Shown: positions 12,399-26,090, counted from the stretch's first letter. The stretch is DNA of 64,000 nucleotides from Octopus sinensis (GCF_006345805.1 NC_043000.1:1736001-1800000); one strand, 5' to 3'. The notes: generated by a model from the sequence alone, not told the origin. Program-made: numbers and translations.

Positions 12399-12751
12399 AT
12401 CTTAGAAAAGGGTATGTGCATTGTGCTCCTGGATTCCCTGTCTATAAGGAAAAGATGTGATGGTTACGGCGGGAATGTTTTCGACCGTATCTCTGCGCGA
12501 TCATGGTTGACCTAGGGCTAAACACTCCGCCCTCCCCTCCACAACAACAACAATAACAAACATTCTCATCAATACCAGCACTGGTACAAGACCATATCAC
12601 CACAATAAAAAACCAGCACCGGTAACACATCACCAGCACTACAACACACCACCACAGCAGTACACCACACACCACCACTACCACCACCATCACCACAACA
12701 ACAACATCACCACTACAACACTCCAATACGACCACCACTATTACCCCAAAA

Positions 12752-13139
12752 GTGGAGGCGCAATGGCCCAGTGGTTAGGGCAGCGGACTCGCGGTCATAG
12801 GATCGCGGTTTCGATTCCCAGACCGGGCGTTGTGAGTGTTTATTGAGCGAAAACACCCAAAAAAGCTCCACGAGACTCCGGCAGGGTATGGTGGTGATCC
12901 CAGCTGTACTCTTTCACCACAACTGTCTCTCACTCTTACTTCCTGTTTCTGTTGTACCTGTATTTCAAAGGGCCGGCCTTGTCACTCTCTGTGTCACACT
13001 GAATATCCCCGAGAACTACGTTAAGGGTACACGTGTCTGTGGAGTGCTCAGCCACTTACACGTTAATTTCACGAGTAGGCTGTTCCGTTGATTCGGATCA
13101 ACGGGAACCCTCGTCGTCGTAACCGACGGAGTGCTTCCA
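12752..13139 (+). mobile_element. SINE-C (tRNA-derived), full length
   Basis: A box TGGCCCAGTGG, B-box-like GGTTTCGATTCCC, 3' end GTAACCGACGGAGTGCTTCC; TSD ATTACCCCAAAA on both sides. Confidence 0.92.
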
Positions 13140-13144
13140 TTACC

Positions 13145-13460
13145 CCAAAAAATCGGAACTCCGTCGGTTACTACGACGAATGCTCCAGGTGATTCGATCA
13201 ACGAAATAGCCTGCTAGTGAAATTAACGTGCGAGTGACCGAGCATTTCACAAGCACAGGTGCCCTTAACTTAGTCCTCAGGGAAACTTAGCGTAACACAG
13301 AATATGACAAGGCTAGCCCTTTGAAGTACAGATGAAGGCTCGTGGCTGCGTGGTTAGAGTATTCGACTCAAGATAGTAGGGTAGTGAGTTCGATACCTGG
13401 CGACGCGTTTTGTCCTTGAGCAAGAGACTTTTTTTCAATTTGTTCCAATCCATTCAGATG
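13145..13460. mobile_element. Old SINE fragments: C-type 3' domain (minus) followed by D-type head (plus)
   Basis: CTCCGTCGGTTAC..GAAATTAACGTG inverted relative to the 12752 copy; GAAGGCTCGTGGCTGCGTGGTTAGAG..TTGAGCAAGAGAC. Confidence 0.6.
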
Positions 13461-13489
13461 GTAAAATAATAATAATAATAGTAATAATA

Positions 13490-13880
13490 ATAGTGATCAT
13501 ATTACAACCATTATCACCACCACTACCTCCATCACCACCATCACCATCGTCACCACAACAACAATACCTGCGACCATCACTCCCACCACTATCACCACCC
13601 CGACAACAGCAGCAACAATGTCACTACCGCCACATCATTACAACCATCACTGCTACAACCGCAACCACACCATTATCCCCTCACCATCATCACCACCATA
13701 TCACCACGACCACAACAGATCTACATCAACAACAACACCGCTGCCATACCACCATCCCTACTACCACTATAAATATCACCAAGACCGAAATAACACATCA
13801 CCAACAAGACGATACATCACCACCACCAGATCTATCACAACTTCTACGATCACAACAAAAGCAATAACACCAATCCAATA
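13490..13880. repeat. (CAC/CAA/CAT)n low-complexity tract
   Basis: Degenerate trinucleotide repeats. Confidence 0.8.
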
Positions 13881-13886
13881 TCCATT

Positions 13887-14200
13887 GTGGAGGCATATGG
13901 CCTAGTGGTTGGAGCAGCGGACTCGCGGTCGAGGGATCGCGGGTTCGAATCTCAGACCGGGCGATGTCTGTGTTTATGAGTGAAACACCTAAGCTCCACG
14001 CGGCTCCGGCTCTTTCGCCGCAACTTTTTCTCACTCTTTCCGCCTGCATCTAGCAGCTCGCCTGCGACGGACCGGCGTCCCGTCCAGGTGGGGAACCTGT
14101 ACTCCAAGGAAACCGGGAAACCGGCTCGAGAAGGAACAAACAACAAATATCCATTGCTGGACTCCTTCCATCGCTGGCTGTCTTTGGGCCAGTCGCGGCT
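13887..14200 (+). mobile_element. SINE-C-related variant
   Basis: GTGGAGGCATATGGCCTAGTGGTTGGAGCAGCGGACTCGCGG head; body diverges after GCTCCACG. Confidence 0.6.
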
Positions 14201-14376
14201 GTGTAGGCCGCATGTAGAGGGTGGAGATCAACTGATGGGCAACAGATGGACAATCAGGATGATGGAATAAACGCTAAGACAATGGTCAATAACACCGTCA
14301 CCATGATACCATCACGACCACAACACATCAACGACACCATCACCACCCAGTCACCATCCACCACTACCACCATGGG

Positions 14377-14880
14377 ATTCAAGCCTCTTCTCCTTATCTC
14401 TTCAAAGACATACAGCATCTCGAAAGAGTCCAGAAGCTGGCTACCCGCATGGTTCTTGGTCTCAAGAATTTGTCTTATGAAGAAAGGCTGAAGACGCTCG
14501 ACCTTTATTCTCTAGAAAAACGACGACGCCGTGGTGATCTCATTCTCGCCCACAACATCATAAGCGGAAAGTGTAACCTCTCGAAAGAGCTGTTCTTCAC
14601 TCCTGCTCCAGAGCGTCGGCTGCGGGGTCATTCCGAAAAGCTCTATCTGCGACGATTTCGTCTCAATCGAAGGAGAGGGGCTTTCTCCGTCCCGGTTGCG
14701 GATCCGTGGAATAAGCTGCCGGACGAGATGGTGAAGATGCCGACGACCGCTTTGTTCAAAGTCTCCCTTGAACACAAGTGGCCTGAACTCCTTACATGAA
14801 CACCACCCTGTACATAACTCCATGTCCCCCTACATGGCCTTGCTTTTTGCTTTTTGAGCCAAATTATTAACTAACTAACT
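14377..14880 (+). mobile_element. CR1-clade LINE 3' end (RT C-terminus, 3'UTR, (TAAC)n tail)
   Basis: HLERVQKLATRMV.GL.NLSYEERLKTLDLYSLEKRRRRGDLILAHNI..WNKLP is a typical CR1 ORF2 C-terminus. Confidence 0.92.
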
Positions 14881-15434
14881 ATCGCTACCAATATCACCAA
14901 GCGCACTATAACACTTCAACGGCAATAACGACACCAACCACCACCTCCCCATAACCACCATCACCACCATCAGCACTACCGTATCGCTCAGGAGCGAGAC
15001 AACACATCAACAACACCCCCACACCACCCCACCCCCGCCACTACCACCCAGTGACTGGTGATACTGAAGATGTTGGCGGTGTGTGAAGCAAACTTGTTGT
15101 CTGTTGTTTATAAGTGTCAATGATAAGCCACTCCCACTTGCCCCCCTACCCGCCTGCCACCCGCTTTTCAGCACACAGATAGACGTAATCTTTTAGTGTT
15201 ATTCACCCAACTACACAACAAGCCAACGAGGGCGCCTCTATGTAGTCGCTAGATTTGCTAGAAGTAGCAGACAAGCCTCATGCAAATCACACCTTAAAAC
15301 AATAAAGATATCATTGGACATTGTAGGCCTTGATACTTACCAAGCTGAACTAAGGTGGTTCGATAAGAAGAGCCACATATGATGGATCTTTTCTTTCTTC
15401 TTTTCTTATAATGTTCAAGAACCGCAACATATAT

Positions 15435-15597
15435 TTTTTTGTGTGGTAAGAAGTTTGCTTCTCAACCATATGATTCCCGGTTTAGTCCCACTGCATGGCA
15501 CCTTGGGCAGGTATCATCTACTATAGCCTCGGGCCGACCAAAACCTTGTGAGAGGATTTGATAGACGGAAACTGAAAGAACCCCCTCGTATGTATGT

Positions 15598-15679
<82 letters not shown>

Positions 15680-15885
15680 TGTTTGTCCCCCAAACATTGC
15701 TTGACAACCGCTGTTTGTGTGTTTATGTACCCGTAACTTAACGGCTCTGGAAAAGAGACCGACAGAATAAGCACTAGACTTACACAGAATAAGTCCTGGG
15801 GTCGATGTCTTCGACTAAAACCCTTTAAGGCGGTGCTCCAGCATGGCCACAGTCAAATGACTGAAACAAGTAAAAGAATAAAAGA
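15435..15885 (+). mobile_element. SINE-B (CORE-like domain plus internal TA/TG microsatellite)
   Basis: GCACCTTGGGCAG, GGCCGACCAAAACCTTGTGAG..GACGGAAACTGAAAGAA, internal (TA)n(TG)n, 3' GTCAAATGACTGAAACAAGTAAAAGA. Confidence 0.9.
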
Positions 15886-15929
15886 ATAAATGAAATAAAT
15901 GTGTCGCTACATAATAAAAATTTCATGAG

Positions 15930-17498
15930 CAGTGCTACTCAAGGTGGTAGTCCGCGGACCGATGCCGGTTCGCGAGCCATCAGCTGCCGGTACGCGAAAA
16001 TTTTTTTCCCACGAGTGTTCCGGACCCCAATTATGTACTCATTTGCATACAACAAATCAGAGCTCAACAATCAAACTGATTTATGAGCGCACAACAAGTG
16101 ATGGGCGATAAGGTAAGGTCACTTGGGTAAGGAATGACCATGCTTCTTTTCTCTCTTAATAATGCTTGTTGTTCTTGTTCATGTTTCAACCATGGCTGCC
16201 TCTGCGTAATTGTTTGTGTTGTTGTTTACTTTGTAAAACAGTAAGGGGATAAGGTTGCTAGTACATCACCCTCTACCCACATTTTCCCCATCCACATCTT
16301 TACCATAAGGGGCCCTAACAAAATCCGATAATAAGTATACCCTTTTACTTGTTTCAGTCATTTGACTGCGGCCATGCTGGAGCACCGCCTTTAATCGAGC
16401 AACTCGACCCCGGGACTTATTCTTTTGTAAGCCCAGTACTTATTCTATCGGTCCCTTTTGCCGAACCGCTAAGTAACGGAGACATAAACACACCAGCATC
16501 GGTTGTCAAGCAATGCTAGGGGGGGGACAAACACAGACACACAAACACACATATATATATATATATATACATATATACGACGGGCTTCTTTCAGTTTCCA
16601 TCTACCAAATCCACTCACAAGGCATTGGTCGGCCCGAGGCTATAGTAGAAGACACTTGCCCAAGGTGCCACGCAGTGGGACTGAACCCGGAACCATGTGG
16701 TTGGTAAGCAAGCTACTTATCACACAGCCACTCAATAACTTGTCTCCTAAAATCAGACATAATTTGGCGATCGGTCGACTTACAACACCGTTCTTCGTGT
16801 TGAGTTTACTTAGTTGTGCGTGTTTATTAACTTGACAACAAGGTCAAGGTGAGTTCTGATCGGCTGTATGCAAATGAGTTCATTACTGGGGTCCGGAAAT
16901 CTCGCGGGGAAAAAACTTCGCAGCCGGTACGCGGCGTGTTATCAGAAAATAAACGTTATAAAATGCTTATGTAATATTGTATTATTTATTCACAAAATAG
17001 ATATAAGATAAAAAAAAAAATGTCAACTTTTATTATATTCATTATATATATTAACTGTTTATATCTCGTTCAGAGATTTATTAATGCTTTCAGACAGTTT
17101 TTCTAAATCAGTGACAGTGGTTGCTGTGAAAAACGTTAAATATTATTATTTGCAAGGGGTCTCCTTAATCGAAAACCGATGTTTACCATGCGTTGACGAG
17201 AGGCAATTACCTTGAAACTATAGTCCGTATGTAGCACTTAGGTTTTCGAGGGAGGATGACCTCCCTTTGCAAATAACACAAGGGCACTGATAGTTTGTGT
17301 CTAAAGTCCATCTGGTGACGTTGATCGCCTGGGGCTAAAAGCATCAGTAACACCCCACCCCCAGTGGCTAGCCACATTCAGATGGCTAGTGCACCTTACG
17401 TTATTATATATATTGTTTCCGGTATAAATTAATATTACCAAAAAATAATACCTGTCCCTGGCACATTGGGAAAAAAACTATCGGTTTGAGAAGCACTG
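15930..17498. mobile_element. Putative non-autonomous hAT (Charlie-like) element carrying a SINE-B insertion
   Basis: TIRs CAGTGCTACTCAA / TTGAGAAGCACTG (12 of 13 match); right flank CTCTAGAG fits the NTCTAGAN target; left flank TTCATGAG only 5 of 8 identical. Confidence 0.5.
16344..16732 (-). mobile_element. SINE-B
   Basis: Full family match with internal (TA)n. Confidence 0.9.
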
Positions 17499-17592
17499 CT
17501 CTAGAGTACATTCATTAAGTTCTGTTCGAGCATGTGTGTTTTATGTGTGTGTATGTGTGTGTGTTTATGTATGTGTATGTGTGTGAGAGAGA

Positions 17593-17629
<37 letters not shown>

Positions 17630-17630
<1 letters not shown>

Positions 17631-17847
17631 TTTTACTCGTTTACTCTTTTACTTGTTTCAGTCATGTGACTGTGGCCATGCTGGAGCACCACCTTTAGTC
17701 GAGCAAATCGACCCCCAGGACTTATTCTTTTGTAAGCCTAGTACTTATTCTATCGGGCTCTTTTGCCGAACTGATAAGTTACGAGGACGTAAAACACACC
17801 AGCATCGGTTGTCAAGCGATGTTCGGGGGACAAACACAGACACACAA

Positions 17848-17929
<82 letters not shown>

Positions 17930-18125
17930 ATATATATATATATATATTATATATACATATATACGACGGGCTTCTCTCAGTTTCCGTCTACCAAATGCAC
18001 TCACGAAGCTTTGGTCGGCCCGAGGCTACAGTAGAAGACACTTGCCCAAAGTACCGTGCAGTGGGACTGAACCCGGAACCATGTGGTTCGTAAGCAAGCT
18101 ATTTACCACACAGCCACTCCTACGC
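17630..18125 (-). mobile_element. SINE-B
   Basis: Full family match with expanded (CA)n(TA)n. Confidence 0.9.
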
Positions 18126-18385
18126 CTATGTATAGTTTGCATAATCTTTTCGCTTTGAATGAGCCAAGAAGAAATAACTCAGTGGCCTGTAGCATGTATA
18201 CAAACGACACAGGTATAGCAAATACCATACAACTTAAACTCTACATTTTATTTGAATTTTCTTTGCCTCAAAAGGATTTGTTACATCGGAGTTGATTTGG
18301 GCCCAGAAAACAACAATAACTAACTACTACGACAACAACAGTAAGAGCAGTAGTAACAACTGTAACAACAGCAACAGCAGTAACA

Positions 18386-18550
18386 GTGGCGGCGCAATGG
18401 CCCAGTGGTTAGGGCACAATGGCCCAGACTGGCATTGTGAGTGTTTATTGAGCAAAAACACCTAAGCTCCACGATGTTCCGGCGGGTGGGGAGTGAACCT
18501 TGCTGTACTCTTTCACCACAACTTTCTCTCACTCTTTCTTCCTACTTCTG
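18386..18550 (+). mobile_element. SINE-C, partial and deleted
   Basis: GGCGCAATGGCCCAGTGGTTAGGGCA..TGTACTCTTTCACCACAACTTTCTCTCACTC. Confidence 0.7.
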
Positions 18551-18935
18551 TCACAAAGCAGAGGACCACAGTGTAACCCACTATGGTGTAGTAAACTTTC
18601 AGACCCTAGTCTAGATTGCGAATCCTCTGTACCCTCCACCAGGATGGTTCAGCTCTCCACCCGTTAAAAGCCACCGTTTACGGAATGAAGATAACAACGT
18701 AGCTTTCGCTAATCCTCTGTCGATTGGCGATAGTTTTGTTCTAAGCAGGAATCGATTGGTAAGGAAAGGATTGAGATGGAAATCGATGAAACTTTGACTG
18801 TTCGAGGCTGTTATATCGCAATACTACACAGTGGGGGTGTGAGCTACGAAATACTCGTCGCCTCTGTTATGTCGCACGTTCGGATGCCTCTACTACTCTC
18901 TCTACTAGTCAACTCTCGACTCTGCTACTTCTGCT

Positions 18936-19321
18936 GTGGAGGCGCAATGGCCCAGTGGTTAGGGCAGCGGACTCGCGGTCATAGGATCGCGGTTTCGATT
19001 CCCAGACCGGGCGTTGTGAGTGTTTATTGAGCGAAAACACCTAAAAGCTCCACGAGGCTCCGGCAGGGAATGGTGGTGATCCCTGCTGTACTCTTTCACC
19101 ACAACTTTCTCTCACTCTTACTTCCTGTTTCTGTTGTACCTGTATTTCAAGGGGCCGGCCTTGTCACTCTCTGTGTCACACTGAATATCCCCGAGAACTA
19201 CGTTAAGGGTGCACGTGTCTGTGGAGTGCTCAGCCACTTACACGTTAATTTCACGAGCAGGCTGTTCCGTCGATTCGGATCAACCGGAACGCTCATCGTC
19301 GTAACCGACGGAGTGCTTCCA
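18936..19321 (+). mobile_element. SINE-C, full length
   Basis: Near-identical to the 12752 copy. Confidence 0.92.
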
Positions 19322-20096
19322 TACATATATTTGATATGGTGTCGATAGGAGTGCAGGTCCTCTTTCTGCTCCCCCTTTGTTCTTCTGAATTAAAGGACCT
19401 TCAAATGATCGGTGCTACCGTAAATGAAGCTCCTCTGTCTTCTTCCGTCCAGCATAGTATGCAGTTCGTGTCTATTTGTAGTTTCTAAATATAAAAACGG
19501 GAGAAAATGAGGTATTTGTTCAGTTTTCATTTTTTCTGCTTTAAACTGGATGAGGACTACCAACCAAATTTCGGTCAGTTTTCCTGACACTGCTTTTTTT
19601 TTAATTTTCAAAGATCCTCCTCCTCCTAATCATCATCATCCTCATCATCATCATCATCACTTTCCCACCCACCCCAGTACCAGTAACGTCATCAACATTG
19701 TCATCGCCATTTCGTCGTCCTCGCCGTCATCCTCGTCGTTGTCATCATTATCATATAGTATTGTTATTATTATCAATTCTCAGAAGAGTTACACTGCTCA
19801 AGGCCATTATACAGGTTGAGACCTGTCTAGAAAATGTGAGCAGTGGAGAAATTCCAGAAGTTGTTATCTAATTCTGAATAGAAATGACATTTTTACAATA
19901 AACTAATATATCAAATGAGCTATCAATTGATATGGTACCATGCAGTGATGCCATATCAAATACTTGATTACGTTATGTCTTTTTATGTAACGGAAATTGA
20001 TTGTATAATAAAAACAAGAATTCCCAAAAGCATCAGGTAAGATCCTCTTCACAAAGGTCAACAACGTTTAAGGAAGTACAAACACACACACACGTA

Positions 20097-20212
<116 letters not shown>

Positions 20213-20644
20213 ACACTGAAAAGTTTTTAAATAAAAATGGGAAATTTGGGCAAAGAACTTATAGAAGTGAAGCCCAGCATGGTTTCTTGATCGGCAGTTA
20301 ACACCACCACCACCAACAACAACAACAACAACGGAGATTAGCTTTATATTTCATCTCTCTGTGGTGGATAAAATAAAGTATAGTCATGTACCAAGATTGA
20401 TAGTGTTGTCTAAGCCCTTCCCCTCAAATTCCGCCGAGGTCGATATTGCGTTTAAGGGTCAGTAAAATAAGTACCAGTTGAGCACTGGGGTCGAAGTAAT
20501 CTTTGAAATATGGTTCTCCTAAGATGTTTAGATGTTTCTGACATCCCTATTTTTTTTCATACTTAGGGCACCTAAAATAACAGGAACACTTTTTACTTTA
20601 AGATGCCACATCTTTTGTATTTCAATTTCCAGGTCCTTATATTA

Positions 20645-20868
20645 ACCAAGTTTGTCAAATTCCCTTACAAATATAAATTTATCAGTGGGAACACTTTCAT
20701 CTACTAGTCTACACGTATTTTCTTCCCCGTCTTTAGTAATTATGTCAGATCTGTTAGCCGGGATCGTTCTATCAGTGTTGACTGAAAAATCCCAGAGAAT
20801 GGAAACATTTTTTACCTTCAACGGCTGGCTCGGGATGATGTTCATACCAGTTAGTAGGAGTGCCTATT
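20645..20868 (-). pseudogene. R4/Dong-type LINE restriction-like endonuclease fragment
   Basis: WYEHHP / NVSILWDFSVNTDRTIPANRSDII.KD..CRLVD..VPTD..E..KL resembles the PD..D..K nuclease region; abuts (TAT)n. Confidence 0.8.
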
Positions 20869-20875
20869 ATTATCA

Positions 20876-20929
<54 letters not shown>

Positions 20930-20931
<2 letters not shown>

Positions 20932-21210
20932 TCATGAAAACTCTCGGCGAATTTTGCTGGGTAAGACGAAAAATGTCAGCTGTCCACGGCCAGCAGACTA
21001 AGGTGACACTTGTTTACTGATCATGCTCCAAGAACCCTGCAGAAAACTTTTGCAGTTCCAAGCAATGACGATTTTTGTTGGTATCCTATCTTTACATTTT
21101 ACCAATCTTTTTGAGCTACTTTGGTAGCTGAGTGCTGATACTTCCAAGCGCACCAATCTCTATTCGTACCACGTCCACTCCCTTCATTGCCCACAACCTT
21201 ATTGCTATTA
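20930..21210 (-). pseudogene. R4/Dong-type LINE 3' end with (TAA)n tail
   Basis: IGALGSISTQLP..LKKIG and LLGTAK..RVLG motifs in broken frames, 3'UTR ending in a TAA array. Confidence 0.65.
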
Positions 21211-21222
21211 TTGTTATTATAT

Positions 21223-22060
<838 letters not shown>

Positions 22061-22073
22061 TATTATTATTATT

Positions 22074-22094
<21 letters not shown>

Positions 22095-22111
<17 letters not shown>

Positions 22112-22435
22112 TATTATTGCCTTTGCACAGCTTCTAACGCTGGAGATGTACCACGTTGTCAGCTGTTCACTACCATTGAACTAAGGTAACACCTTTTATC
22201 TTTCGAGCACCTTCCGGAGTATTCGAGCGGTTCCAAGCAGTGCTGTTTTCTGCAAGTGCTCCACCCTTATTGCAGCCCTTCTTTGTTCAACGTACTTCTC
22301 GAGATTTTTGCTCACTGTTCCAAGGGCTCCAACAATTATTGGTACTACTACCACCTTTTTCATCGACCACAACTGCTTAACTTCCCAAACTAACCTGTCA
22401 CATCTCTCGACTTTTCTTTCTTCATTATCGCATAT
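22095..22435 (-). pseudogene. R4/Dong-type LINE C-terminus and 3'UTR
   Basis: EVKQLWSMKKVVVVPIIVGALGTVSKNLEKY..LQKTALLGTARILRKVLE, then UTR and (AAT/GAT)n tail. Confidence 0.85.
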
Positions 22436-22449
22436 TATTATTATTATTG

Positions 22450-22528
<79 letters not shown>

Positions 22529-22621
22529 ATGTTTGACTTTTGCTTTACATTTGCACAAGCTAGCTCCAAGTCTCACCCAGGGACCTCAAGAGACAACAAG
22601 TTGGAAGTTCATGTTGGAGGT

Positions 22622-22671
<50 letters not shown>

Positions 22672-22699
22672 TCTTTTTTTAAATACTAATTTAATTAAC

Positions 22700-23480
22700 A
22701 GGGATGTTATCCTCAGGTTTGATGACAATAAGTCTCTTCACATCGTAAAAAATCTCTCTTAGAATTCTTTCAGAACAGAATATTGTATTTTTTCTGCAAG
22801 ACAGCAATACGTGTCTCAAATTCAATATCTTTCTGGCACTTAGGTCACTGTTTGGATGTTATGACAAATGCACCGATTACAACAGGAACCATTGTCATCT
22901 TTGCCTCCTGCAATCTCTTTATCTCTTTTGTTAGATTCTGATATTTGGCAGTTTTCTCAGTTTCTTTCATATCTACTCTGTTATCATATGGTATTGCAAA
23001 GTCTTTATTATACTGTTTTTGTCATTTTTTTTTCTTTGTGTTCGTTCTGTTTTGTTTGTTTCTTCTTTGTTTTGTCTTTTACGATCAGACTTGTTTTGTT
23101 CACTTCACTCGCATTGTCGGACTTTATGAAGAAATCCAGTAAAATTTTGTAATTGTCAGCCATCATCACAACCTCTTGCTCGTGTTCATACAACTTTTCT
23201 GTCAAAACGATCTTGGCTAACGTTCCAATACACTCTTTTAACAAAATACTCATTTTTGTACTACATTCGCTTAATAGATGGTTAATATTTCCCTCCTTTT
23301 CCATAGATTTTGCGTTTGCTCTCTGACTGAGATTTATCTATCTTTGCCCTTATCAAATTCGTTCTTATGGTTTGTTTCTGAAAGGCTATAATTAACTAAT
23401 CAGTTTCTCGTTTCATGTTTCCAGCTGTCAGCAGCAACCAACTTCCAACATCCTCGTTTGTTGCATGAATTTGGCCACGT
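22700..23480 (-). pseudogene. Older R4/Dong-type LINE remnant (zinc knuckle plus nuclease region)
   Basis: NINHLLSEC..DNYKILLDFFIKSD..NK..LIVKDK. Confidence 0.65.
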
Positions 23481-24021
23481 AATTCCTTCTCTTTCAAGCT
23501 ATTTATTCTATCGTCCTTCTTTCTGTTTCAGTGACTTTCTATCCGTTACATTGCTGAAACCTATCGAGAAAACGTGTGTGCAATGGCGAAATTCCACAGG
23601 TTTTATCTAATTCCGAGTAGAAATTACATATTTGACATGTTCGTATGCCTACACGTAGCTTTACATATTTACAATAAGCAAATGTATCAAATGAGTTGTC
23701 AATTGATATGATACAATGCAGAGTTATCATATCAAACATCTGATTGCGTCGTACACTTAAATACTATAATACTGTGGTTTAGGATTCACATTGTGCTTTC
23801 CTTGCTTATTTATTACTTATGTTTGTACGTCGTCCTTCAAATTATTTCAATTAACATCAAACGTATCTAAGCTTCACAGACTTATACAACTTTTACCACT
23901 TTACCGCTTATCTATATATGTAAATAGGTTATCGAAATGATTTGTTGTCAAAAATAATGTGTCGAGCAGCTGTCCTAGTTTGTCGGGTTTTATTGTTAGC
24001 AAGAATCTGCCTATGGCCGGT

Positions 24022-24074
<53 letters not shown>

Positions 24075-24078
<4 letters not shown>

Positions 24079-24600
24079 AAATACAAAATGGGACAAGAAC
24101 GCAAAACATTCAGAAGACGATACAAAAAACACGGACGGGTCATTCGAAGCCTTCAATCTTCAGTCAAGAACCGGATCATCCTCGCAATTTCAGCTGATTA
24201 ATCTTGAGATTGATCCAATCTGGCCAGCCCCAAGGAAAAACTAAGCTAAGCGCATTAGATTCCTTGGAAAAAAGCTTCGAATGTTTACGAAACAAGGACG
24301 GAAAAACGGACGATGTTACACGAATATGAATACAAAAATAATACGAAAACACAATAATAATAACAATAATAATAACAATAACAGGACATCTTAACAGGCG
24401 TCTTTCGACTTAGACGAATTGAACTCAGCTGACGTGTTAGGAATGTGCCTTGGGGCAGAGAAAAAACAAATGTTGATGTTACCACGACCGCTGCCAGAGC
24501 CAAAAGGCCAGTAGTCGACCAGTCAGTCACGTGCGTAGAGAAGAGAGAGGAAAAGAGGGACAGAGGGATTAAGGAGGGGAGGAAGAGAGAGAAAAAGAGG
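24075..24600. mobile_element. Unclassified interspersed repeat in (TA)n; second copy inverted at about 46850-47400
   Basis: Shared CAGCCCCAAGGAAA..CTAAG, TTCGAAGC.TTCAATCTTCAG and ACAGG.GTCTTTCGAC.AAG.ACGAATT blocks. Confidence 0.65.
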
Positions 24601-24606
24601 AACAAG

Positions 24607-24640
<34 letters not shown>

Positions 24641-24770
24641 TATAATTAAGGGCTAAAGAGGGTTATTCTAAAGCCAAATACACTGTTTTATCCACTTATA
24701 ATCCGCTTGTTACAGGAAAATTGAAACTGAAAACGGGCAACTAACCTTTAGAAAATTTAAATTTCGTTAT

Positions 24771-24835
24771 CTCTATATTGAATCAATTTCGGACTTAATC
24801 TTATAAAAAAAGATATATTCCTTCTTCAGTAGAAC
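24771..24835 (-). ncRNA. Type I hammerhead ribozyme motif (copy 1)
   Basis: GUUCUA-CUGAAGA-A-GGA..AUCUU..AAGAU..UCC-GAAA-UUGAUUCAA-UA-UAGAG; stem I of 5 bp. Confidence 0.6.
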
Positions 24836-25175
24836 TTTCGATGGGATATAAATAAAATACTCACGTATGATCATGGAAAAAGCACAAGCTAAAAACATAA
24901 CTACACTTGAGTACATCACTTATATCTAAAAATAAAAATTCTTTGGTCAGCCTCAGAAAACAACGTCCAGACCTTTCGCCGCTACAAATTGTAATGGTTA
25001 CCAGTCCTCCTGTAGCAAGCATATATATATATATATATTATATCATATAATTAAGGGCTAAAGAGGGTTATTCTAAAGCCAAATACACTGTTTTATCCAC
25101 TTATAATCCGCTTGTTACAGGAAAATTGAAACTGAAAACGGGCAACTAACCTTTAGAAAATTTAAATTTCGTTAT

Positions 25176-25240
25176 CTCTATATTGAATCAATTTCGGACT
25201 TAATCTTATAAAAAAAGATATATTCCTTCTTCAGTAGAAC
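25176..25240 (-). ncRNA. Type I hammerhead ribozyme motif (copy 2)
   Basis: Identical to 24771-24835. Confidence 0.6.
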
Positions 25241-25423
25241 TTTCGATGGGATATAAATAAAATACTCACGTATGATCATGGAAAAAGCACAAGCTAAAAA
25301 CATAACTACACTTGAGTACATCACTTATATCTAAAAATAAAAATTCTTTGGTCAGCCTCAGAAAACAACGTCCAGACCTTTCGCCGCTACAAATTGTAAT
25401 GGTTACCAGTCCTCCTGTAGCAA

Positions 25424-25465
<42 letters not shown>

Positions 25466-25639
25466 TATCAGATTCCATCATAATTGATTAGTTCGAATAT
25501 GTTTGGGAAATATTTGATCTGTAAAAAGTCCATATTCACTGCGGCTACCATTGTTGAAAAAATTCTCGCTGTAGGCAATCTGTTAAAAATGCCAATAGTC
25601 ATGTCATTGCACTTTCTTGCAGAACAATGAATTTCTAGC

Positions 25640-26090
25640 TCCTTTACTATACGGTATAGATGATAGCAACATATAGATGCGAGACCTGGACACTAAAGAA
25701 AGCTGACCAGAAGGGAATTAATGCATTCGAGCTTTGGTGTTGGAGAAGACTTTTACGGATTCCATGGACAGCGAGGCTCACCAATGGAGAAGTTCTTAAG
25801 CAGATCAGGCCGAAAATGTCGCTAGAAGCTAGGATCACCAAGCATGGATTGGCATATTTTGGTCATATTATGCGGAGAAAATCCCTGGAGAAGGACATCA
25901 TGCTCGGAATGGTCAGTGGCAAGAGAGGAAGAGGCCGACCAAGAATCCGCTGGCTTGACACCATCAAGAGTGATACCGAAATGGACATAGCCAGTCTGAA
26001 AGAAGCGGCCCAGGATAGAACTGACTGGAGGACACTGATCCATCGAGTAACCGAGAGTCGACTTTGACTGAGCGGATAGATACATAGATA
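25640..26090 (+). mobile_element. RTE-clade (BovB-like) LINE 3' end
   Basis: YRCETWTLKKAD..INAFELWCWRRLLRIPWTAR.TN..YFGHIMRR..LG...GKRGRGRPR.RWLD..WR. Confidence 0.92.

Larger units (their letters stand above)
24638..25425. repeat. Apparently exact tandem duplication, 405-bp period, bounded by (TA)n
   Basis: Unit starts TCATATAATTAAGGG at 24638 and 25043. Confidence 0.95.

Noticed and set aside
12752-12830. tRNA gene-like sequences at SINE heads
   Set aside because: A and B boxes are present but run on into SINE bodies with TSDs; no complete cloverleaf could be supported
12836-13091. Recurring ORFs MVVIPAVLFHHN.. and MFIERKH..
   Set aside because: Incidental translations of SINE-C, repeated at every copy
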